From an uncultured Clostridia bacterium (GTDB lineage Bacteria > Bacillota > Clostridia > Oscillospirales > Acutalibacteraceae): 64,000 nucleotides of DNA. The first letter of the stretch is position 1. Each line of letters begins with the position of its first letter. Location of the stretch: positions 20,254 through 84,253 of the forward strand of contig CANQBK010000001.1 in NCBI GenBank assembly GCA_947589485.1. Direction: 5' to 3'. A model generated the notes under the pieces. The model had not been told where the DNA came from and made no database searches. It worked only from the letters and a program-made list of their open reading frames with translations. Both the position numbers and the translations under genes were made by a program. This document shows positions 57,784-64,000 of this stretch, piece after piece.

Positions 57784-58611
57784 TTAATCTCCTCCTGAAT
57801 TTTTCTTGTGTAATGTTTCTTTCCAAAGCTGACCCAATGCCGAAGCATCAAGGTCCTGTATATCAATGCCCTTTTGCACGGAAAGCTGTTCAAGCTCTTT
57901 AAACCGCTCAGTAAATTCATTACAGGCATAATACAGCGATTGTTCGCAATCCGTTTTCAAAAATCTTGATAAAGCCACAATTGAAAATAGGAGATTTCCA
58001 ATATTTTTTTCATAGTCGGAACAGCTGCCGTCCTCCACGGATTTTTTCAATAAACCGAAATTATCGCTTACCGCTTTTAAAGCATCGTCCGTACCGGCGT
58101 AATCGAATCCTGCACGGTTGGCTTTTTTTTGCAGTTTCTCACTCCTCATAAGGGACGGAAGATTTTTAGCGACGCTTTCCATTGCTTCGCTTGCCTTTTT
58201 TTGAGATTTGGTATCCATTTTTATCGTGTCCCAATTTTGGAGGACCTGCTCCGCGGTATCGGCTTTGACGTCCCCAAAAACATGCGGGTGTCGGATTATC
58301 ATTTTACGGCACACCTCATCTGCGACATCATCAAAAGTGAAACTGTTTTTTTCCGTTTCAAGAACGCAATGGAACACCACCTGAAGCAACACGTCGCCAA
58401 GCTCTTCACGGAGCAGAGCGGCGTCATTGTTATCTATTGCCTCGACGGCCTCGTACACTTCTTCTATAAAGTTTTGCCGAATCGTTTCATGCGTTTGAAC
58501 CTTGTCCCACGGACAGCCTTCCGGAGAACGAAGAATTTTAACTATTTCCGCTAAATCGTAAACATTGTAGTGTTCTTTACTTTTAAAGTACACGGGTATT
58601 ATCTCCTTCAC
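57784..58611 (-). CDS. mazG: Nucleoside triphosphate pyrophosphohydrolase MazG
   Basis: 275 aa with tandem MazG domains (CPWDKVQTHETIRQNFIEEVYE and EELGDVLLQV). Confidence 0.85.
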   Translation of the reverse strand: MKEIIPVYFKSKEHYNVYDLAEIVKILRSPEGCPWDKVQTHETIRQNFIEEVYEAVEAIDNNDAALLREELGDVLLQVVFHCVLETEKNSFTFDDVADEVCRKMIIRHPHVFGDVKADTAEQVLQNWDTIKMDTKSQKKASEAMESVAKNLPSLMRSEKLQKKANRAGFDYAGTDDALKAVSDNFGLLKKSVEDGSCSDYEKNIGNLLFSIVALSRFLKTDCEQSLYYACNEFTERFKELEQLSVQKGIDIQDLDASALGQLWKETLHKKNSGGD

Positions 58612-58642
58612 AAAACGACAAACAAGATTATAATATAATATT

Positions 58643-60403
58643 CTACCTTATTAATCTGCGTTTTTCAAGTATTTTTACAATTTTATTTCCCTTAGGCATT
58701 TGGAGAATGTCCTCACGCTCTATTGCCTTAAACAGGAAAAGCGCAATTACATATACCACTATTGCCGTAATGACCGCCATAAATGTTGCGAGCTTTTGCA
58801 CTAAGAACAAATCAAAGAAAATTTCCGAGAAATATGCGGCAATTCCGCATATAATCGATGCAAACAGCGGTTTGACAAATATTGACATAAAGTTGGGTAT
58901 TATCTTCGTTTCACGGCAAAGTATGAACAGAGCCACAACAGTAACAAATCCGTAACAAACAATAGAGCCGACGTTTGCTCCTTGGATATTTATTTCGGGT
59001 ATTCCGACAAGAATATAATTGACAATAATTTTCATTGCCATACCCACGGCATAAAGTTTAAGCGGGACATCCATTCGTCCTACCGCTTGGAGCATACTGC
59101 AAAGCGGCGTGCTGGTCGCTATGAATATTACCGAAATACCCATAACGGTCAGAACCCTTGAGCCTATCTCAACCTCGTTGGCAAGACTGCTTCCGCTGTA
59201 AATAAGCGACAAAAGAGGTTCGGCAAGTACCGACATACCTATTCCCGACGGTATGGTGACAAGAACGGTAACACGCATTACTGTTTCCATACTTTTTTTC
59301 ATTTGAAGCCTGTTTCCGCTTGCCCACGCCGCTGTTACGGACGGCAAAGCGGTTGTGCCGAACACTTGGGTAACGGCAGTTACCAACATCATAAGGGTCA
59401 GAGCAATACCGTAACAACCGTAAAGATAGGTGTGTGTTTCGTTTCCGTAATAAATATCGTCGGGTATCAGCGAACCGTAAACATTTAAAAGCGAGTCGGG
59501 GTCCGTTTCCATAATATTGTTTATACGAACCTGCACAAGGGTGGAGTCTATCATATCCGCAAGGCTCATTATTATCGAGCCAAGTCCTATGGGTATTGCC
59601 GTCCTGACCATTGTGTTGACGGTTGCACGGGACTTGCGGGGCGGCGGAGAATTTATAAGTTCTTCTTTGGATATGCCGTCGCCTCCGCGTCTGTAACGTA
59701 TAAACAAATACAGAAAGCCCAAAAGCGAACCGAGAGAAATACCCGTTATCGCCGCGCCTATCGCAATCGGCACAATAACGGAATTTGCCTCCGCCTCCGT
59801 GGAACACTTCACTCCCAAAACATATCCCGTGTCAATATACTGATCCATACACAGCTTCATTGTAATGAAAGACGCCGTAAAACCGAAAAGCAGTTTGCAG
59901 GCGGCTTCTATTATTTCGGACACGGCGGTAGGCACCATATTGCGGAAACCCTCAAAATATCCTCGGTAAATCGACATAAGACATCCGAAAAATATGGTGG
60001 GAGATAAACACAGCATTGCAAAAATAGCATTATCCGAATTTATTATGCGGACATATATAAAACTTCCCAGAACCATTGCAAGAAAACATAAACAACCTGC
60101 AAAAACAAAAATGGGAACAGACAGTCTATGTATCTGCTTTACATCACGGAACCGTTTCCGTGTTATGCTTTCGGAAACCATACGGGATATTGCAATCGGA
60201 AATCCTGCGGTCGAAAGTGTAAACAACGGGTTATAGAGCGCATACGCCGAATTAAACAGTCCCGTTCCGACTCCTCCGTACATATTCGAGAGAAGTATTT
60301 TATATATCATACCCATAATTTTAACGATGACCATACTCGAACCGAGTACCATCGCACCCTTTAAGAACGACTGTGCCTTTCTTTCTTTTCTGTTTTCTGA
60401 CAC
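58643..60403 (-). CDS. MOP-superfamily flippase, SpoVB/MurJ-like (stage V sporulation protein B-like)
   Basis: Polytopic protein of about 14 TM helices. FLKGAMVLGSSMVIVKIMGMIYKILLSN is a typical SpoVB N-terminus. I chose GTG 60403 (AAGGAAG 8 nt upstream); the ORF track starts at 60472. Confidence 0.75.
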   Translation of the reverse strand: MSENRKERKAQSFLKGAMVLGSSMVIVKIMGMIYKILLSNMYGGVGTGLFNSAYALYNPLFTLSTAGFPIAISRMVSESITRKRFRDVKQIHRLSVPIFVFAGCLCFLAMVLGSFIYVRIINSDNAIFAMLCLSPTIFFGCLMSIYRGYFEGFRNMVPTAVSEIIEAACKLLFGFTASFITMKLCMDQYIDTGYVLGVKCSTEAEANSVIVPIAIGAAITGISLGSLLGFLYLFIRYRRGGDGISKEELINSPPPRKSRATVNTMVRTAIPIGLGSIIMSLADMIDSTLVQVRINNIMETDPDSLLNVYGSLIPDDIYYGNETHTYLYGCYGIALTLMMLVTAVTQVFGTTALPSVTAAWASGNRLQMKKSMETVMRVTVLVTIPSGIGMSVLAEPLLSLIYSGSSLANEVEIGSRVLTVMGISVIFIATSTPLCSMLQAVGRMDVPLKLYAVGMAMKIIVNYILVGIPEINIQGANVGSIVCYGFVTVVALFILCRETKIIPNFMSIFVKPLFASIICGIAAYFSEIFFDLFLVQKLATFMAVITAIVVYVIALFLFKAIEREDILQMPKGNKIVKILEKRRLIR

Positions 60404-60503
60404 AAAAGCACTTCCTTTCAGGAGTGTTATTACACATAATTGCACCGCATAATAAAAGATTACACGGTGCAAATTTGTTGTTCATAAAAATTTTGAATAA
60501 AAA

Positions 60504-60944
60504 TTACAGTCCTATTTCGTCATCGTCAAAATCATCTTCGATAAATTCATCTTCATCATCGGCAGAGTTTTGACCCGACTCCGCCATAGGAAGTTTTTCG
60601 CCGCATTTGTTGCAGAACACTGCTCCCTTAGCATTGTACAGTCCGCAATAGGGGCATTTTTTCTTTTGCTTTGAGTTTTCTATCGCTTCGGTCACGGAGC
60701 TGAGCTGTTCTTTCAGCTCCTTAATTTTTTCAACGAGTTCTTCCGTACTTTTCTCGTAATTTTTATCGGTCGTTTTTTCTTCATATACCACACGACCGAG
60801 AATTTGATATTTTTTTGAAATTTCCGATCTTAAATCTGCTGCGGCAATGGTCAGCTTAGACATATCAATAACCTTACCCGCTTTTTTGCCGACGGAATCG
60901 ACCGCTGATCTTGCGTTAAGAATAACATCTTCAAAAATACCCAT
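60504..60944 (-). CDS. Zinc-ribbon domain protein with an N-terminal coiled coil and an acidic tail
   Basis: 146 aa with CPYCG...CNKCG and a C-terminal DDEDEFIEDDFDDDE stretch. Confidence 0.55.
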   Translation of the reverse strand: MGIFEDVILNARSAVDSVGKKAGKVIDMSKLTIAAADLRSEISKKYQILGRVVYEEKTTDKNYEKSTEELVEKIKELKEQLSSVTEAIENSKQKKKCPYCGLYNAKGAVFCNKCGEKLPMAESGQNSADDEDEFIEDDFDDDEIGL

Positions 60945-61075
60945 AATATTACAAGCTCCTTTTCATAAAAAATTTTGTTAATTTTGATTATATCATCTTT
61001 AAATACAATCTTCAAGGATTTTGATGTAATTTCAGCCCTTATATTCGGTATTATGCCCGAACACGAACCAAAACT

Positions 61076-62038
61076 TCAGTAAATATAAATACCGCCGCCG
61101 GTAAATTCACGCATCAACGAATTTTTGGGTACAAGCGACAAAGGCACAGAACAGAACCGTTGAAGAGATGATATGAGGTGCTGAGCCGTATCGTACTGCG
61201 GGTCACCTACCTCTATTTTACTCAAAAGCTCGGTCGCGGTATTTTTCAATAGACACGGTTCGTAAATATGAATCGAGTTTACGGTAAAATCCCCCGTATA
61301 TCTGAACGGGCGTATATATTTTTTTTCGCCCTCAACGACCGTGTCCCACATAGAAAGCATATTTTTGGGTTCTGTTCTGCGAAATTCGTAATCACGGACA
61401 ACACGGCGTATAAGCCTTATTTCCCGATTTGTGAGGACATATTCTTCATTGTCCTTTATACCCTGTTTTACGCTTACATAAATTTTACTTACACTGCCCT
61501 CCGGCATATGTTCACAAAAAATAGGATTAAGGGCGTGGATACCCTCCATTATTATAACCGAACTTTCGCCAAGACTGATTTTTGACGTCTTGCCGGAACG
61601 CCGACTGTTTTTAAAGTCATATTTCGGTATCAAACATTCGCCCGTTGTTGACAACAGCTTTATGCTTTGCTTTATAAGCGGAATGTCAAGAGCCTCGACT
61701 GATTCAAAATCGGGGCTGCCGTCAGGCAATTTTCTTACATTATCCGCCCCAAGGTAAAAATCATCCATTGAAATCAGTTTTACGTCAACATTTTTTCGTT
61801 TAAATTCGTCAGCCAGTTTCTTTGCCGCCGTTGTTTTTCCGCTGCTTGACGGTCCGGAAAGCATAACTATATGGCGTTTCACGGGAATGTTCAATATCTG
61901 TTCGGCAATCAGCCTGAGGTCATGGCGAAAAACCTTTTCCACCATAGTTATAAATTCCTTTGCATTATATCTTGCTTCATTGTTTATTCGGTCAATGTCA
62001 TAAGCATATCTTCTGTAAGTGTTTAAATAATCCATCAT
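61076..62038 (-). CDS. Uridine-kinase-like P-loop nucleoside kinase family protein
   Basis: P-loop LSGPSSSGKTT, plus DDFY and IMEGIHALNP blocks. I chose ATG 62038 (GGGTGA 9 nt upstream). This start overlaps the hemZ 3' end by 41 nt. Confidence 0.7.
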   Translation of the reverse strand: MMDYLNTYRRYAYDIDRINNEARYNAKEFITMVEKVFRHDLRLIAEQILNIPVKRHIVMLSGPSSSGKTTAAKKLADEFKRKNVDVKLISMDDFYLGADNVRKLPDGSPDFESVEALDIPLIKQSIKLLSTTGECLIPKYDFKNSRRSGKTSKISLGESSVIIMEGIHALNPIFCEHMPEGSVSKIYVSVKQGIKDNEEYVLTNREIRLIRRVVRDYEFRRTEPKNMLSMWDTVVEGEKKYIRPFRYTGDFTVNSIHIYEPCLLKNTATELLSKIEVGDPQYDTAQHLISSLQRFCSVPLSLVPKNSLMREFTGGGIYIY

Positions 62039-63491
62039 AAAATTCAATCACCCGCTTTTTTCGGTTAAGCATTTCATCAAAACCGTTTATATATTCATAC
62101 GGATATTTGTAATTAAATATTCTTGTAAGTTCGTTTGAACAGGGATTTTTCAGTTTGGTCACCGCACCGGCGCCGCAGCCCAATATCGTATGTGTTTCGT
62201 CCATAACATACACATTGTATATTCCGTCATAGCCTTCTTTTGCCCAACCCACATTTTCAAGGTTGCCCTCCATACGGGTCTGTCTGTAAAGATAATACGG
62301 ATGATAGCCAAGGTCTATCAGTTTTTTCTCGGCATATCTCAGCATTTCGGCAGCCGGAGATTCTTTTCCCTCACCCACTGTCATCCCCTGTTTCGTCAGC
62401 CTTGACGAACGTTTCATTGCAAGAGTATGTACGGTCACGCTTTCGGGAGAAAGCTCACAAATACGGTCAAGCGAGGAATTAAAGCTCTCTGCGCTCTCGG
62501 TTGGAAGTCCTGCGATAATATCGGTATTTATATGCCCGAATCCCGCTTTACGGGCAAGCTCAAAGGCTTTCAGCGTCTGTTCGGACGTATGCTTTCTTCC
62601 GATAATCTCAAGAACCGAATCATTCATTGTTTGCGGATTTATACTTATTCTGTCTACACCGCCGTTTTTAATTGCGTGCAGCTTGTCAATATCTATCGTA
62701 TCCGGTCTGCCTGCTTCAACCGTAAATTCACGGCAAACGGACATATCAAAATTTTTATTTACTGTTTCAATAAGAGCAGAAAGCTTCGGCGCGCTAAGAA
62801 CCGTTGGCGTACCGCCGCCGACATAAACGCTTTCCGGTTTAAGACCGCACTGTTTTACAATTTCAGCCGTGTATTCAATCTCTTTGCACAAAAGCTCAAA
62901 ATACGGCTGAACAAGCCTTTTAGCTTTTTCAATCGACTGCGAAACAAACGAGCAGTACGAACAGCGCGAGGGGCAGAACGGAACGGAAATATAAAGGCTG
63001 AAAGAAACAGGCGTACTCAGTGAAAGTATTTTCTTTTCATATTTTTCCGTTGCAGCACTAAGCTCCGCTTTTTCGGGCGAAACAAGCAGTTTTTCCGTAA
63101 AATATTTTTTTGCATATTCAACACTGTGTTTTTCCGCAAGGCTTCTGAAAAGTTTTATCGGACGAACTCCGGTAAGTATCCCCCAAGGCTGTTTTTTCCC
63201 CGTAAGCCTTGACAAAATGCCGTAAAGCTCCACCGCCATTACTCTTTCGGTATATTTTTCCGATTCTTCCGAATCGGGTTCAAGGACTTTTTCGGAGCTT
63301 TCCTCAAACCCGTCCGTTTTCACACTCACAAAAACCTTTTTCACGCTTTCTTCTTTTATCTCCGTATATATATACGGCGGTAAAAGATTGTCGGTTTCTT
63401 CTGTCACAACTATTTTATCGTTAGGAAAAAACAGCCTTGCGAGTTTTTCCATCTCATAATTAAAGCTGTGATTTTCAATATAAATCGTCAT
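61998..63491 (-). CDS. hemZ: Radical-SAM coproporphyrinogen-dehydrogenase-like protein (HemZ/HemN family)
   Basis: YISVPFCPSRCSYCSF (CX3CX2C), VYVGGGTPT and INTDIIAGLP. I chose the start at MTIYIENHSF (ATG 63491). Confidence 0.8.
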   Translation of the reverse strand: MTIYIENHSFNYEMEKLARLFFPNDKIVVTEETDNLLPPYIYTEIKEESVKKVFVSVKTDGFEESSEKVLEPDSEESEKYTERVMAVELYGILSRLTGKKQPWGILTGVRPIKLFRSLAEKHSVEYAKKYFTEKLLVSPEKAELSAATEKYEKKILSLSTPVSFSLYISVPFCPSRCSYCSFVSQSIEKAKRLVQPYFELLCKEIEYTAEIVKQCGLKPESVYVGGGTPTVLSAPKLSALIETVNKNFDMSVCREFTVEAGRPDTIDIDKLHAIKNGGVDRISINPQTMNDSVLEIIGRKHTSEQTLKAFELARKAGFGHINTDIIAGLPTESAESFNSSLDRICELSPESVTVHTLAMKRSSRLTKQGMTVGEGKESPAAEMLRYAEKKLIDLGYHPYYLYRQTRMEGNLENVGWAKEGYDGIYNVYVMDETHTILGCGAGAVTKLKNPCSNELTRIFNYKYPYEYINGFDEMLNRKKRVIEFYDGLFKHLQKICL

Positions 63492-64000
63492 AAGAAATGT
63501 TCCCCATAAAAATATTGTGTTTCTTTTCAAAATCAAGGGTGGAGCTTTCTCCGTGACCACAATACATATTAAGATTTTCATTTATTTCCGCAATTTTTCG
63601 GACAGAACGGTACATATCGCGGCTGCTGCCCGTCGGGAAATCCATACGTCCCGTGGTTTGGCTCATTATCGTATCTCCGGTAAAAATATTGCCGCCTATA
63701 ATATAGCATACGCCGCCGACGGTATGTCCCGGCGTTGCAATAACCTTTATTTTTTCTTTGCCGAAATCAAGCTCCGAGCCGTCCGACACGACAATATCCG
63801 CATCGAAGTGCCGAACCGGCTCACCGAAAAGAATAGAAAGATTGAGCTTATCGTTATTTGTAAAGGGTGCGTCTTTCTCCCCTATTACAATCTTTGCTTC
63901 GGGATATTTTTCCTTTAATGCGGCGGTGTTGCCTATATGGTCAAAATGACCGTGTGTAAGAAGTATATATTTCAACTTATCGGAACCGAAAGCGTTTATC
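63475..64000 (-). CDS. MBL-fold metallo-hydrolase (5' end outside the window)
   Basis: THGHFDH motif and GHTVGG. The frame stays open upstream of the ORF-track TTG start to the window edge (..INAFGSDKLKYILLTHGHFDH). Confidence 0.8.
   Translation of the reverse strand, partial: INAFGSDKLKYILLTHGHFDHIGNTAALKEKYPEAKIVIGEKDAPFTNNDKLNLSILFGEPVRHFDADIVVSDGSELDFGKEKIKVIATPGHTVGGVCYIIGGNIFTGDTIMSQTTGRMDFPTGSSRDMYRSVRKIAEINENLNMYCGHGESSTLDFEKKHNIFMGNISYDDLY

Noticed and set aside
59169-59807. A 212-aa same-strand alternative-frame ORF inside the spoVB-like flippase gene
   Set aside because: Its Arg/Gly/Cys-rich sequence matches no family and has no RBS. The overlapping frame encodes a coherent polytopic membrane protein.
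1-64000. CRISPR arrays, IS elements, integrases, prophage remnants, or tRNA-linked islands at 50558-50708
   Set aside because: I saw no direct-repeat/spacer arrays, no transposase or recombinase-like ORFs, and no duplicated tRNA 3' ends flanking the tRNA pair. I could not run an exhaustive repeat search.

Overview
This 64-kb window looks like core chromosome of a low-GC Firmicute. The gene order is Clostridia-like, and yabP, yabQ and a spoVB-like gene suggest a spore-former. I count about 62 protein genes and 2 tRNAs. All but one gene (46846-47679) lie on the minus strand, often with 4-nt start/stop overlaps.

Reading from high to low coordinates (the direction of transcription):
- MBL hydrolase, hemZ, a uridine-kinase-like gene and a Zn-ribbon protein
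- the spoVB-like, mazG, hup, yabO, yabP, yabQ, divIC, yabR block
- amidohydrolase, hpf, a ClpE-type unfoldase, tRNA-Gly and tRNA-Arg
- a small protein coupled to a secreted nuclease
- metK behind a SAM-I riboswitch, then the lone plus-strand amidohydrolase, then lexA
- an accessory stretch (DUF3737, cyclophilin-like lipoprotein, PatB, DUF4250, a Cys-rich ORF, HAD)
- a 9.5-kb cell-wall glycopolymer locus (GT2, TagG-like permease, TagB/F-like, two Stealth paralogs, an acyltransferase, a GT2-TagF fusion)
- queD-queE-folE-queC-queF, NUDIX, GNAT, sbcD-sbcC
- yceD-rpmF, der, plsY, cvpA, a pgsA-like gene
- dxs-tlyA-nadK-argR-recN, HIT, comEC-holA-rnmV-rnz-queA
- a BceRS-AB type peptide-antibiotic module whose permease is frameshifted
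- ogt, a methyltransferase and rsmI

I found no transposase, integrase, CRISPR array, rRNA or recognisable phage-defence system.

The points most worth a second look:
- the Stealth/TagF glycopolymer locus, which has a permease but no ATPase
- a ComEC whose beta-lactamase-like domain has lost its histidine motifs
- a small DHFR-like protein translationally coupled to a secreted nuclease
- the broken BceB permease next to an intact BceR-type operator
- a pair of ATTCG-N2-CGAAT palindromes in a 385-nt gap

All product calls rest on motif and family recognition by eye. No database search was run.
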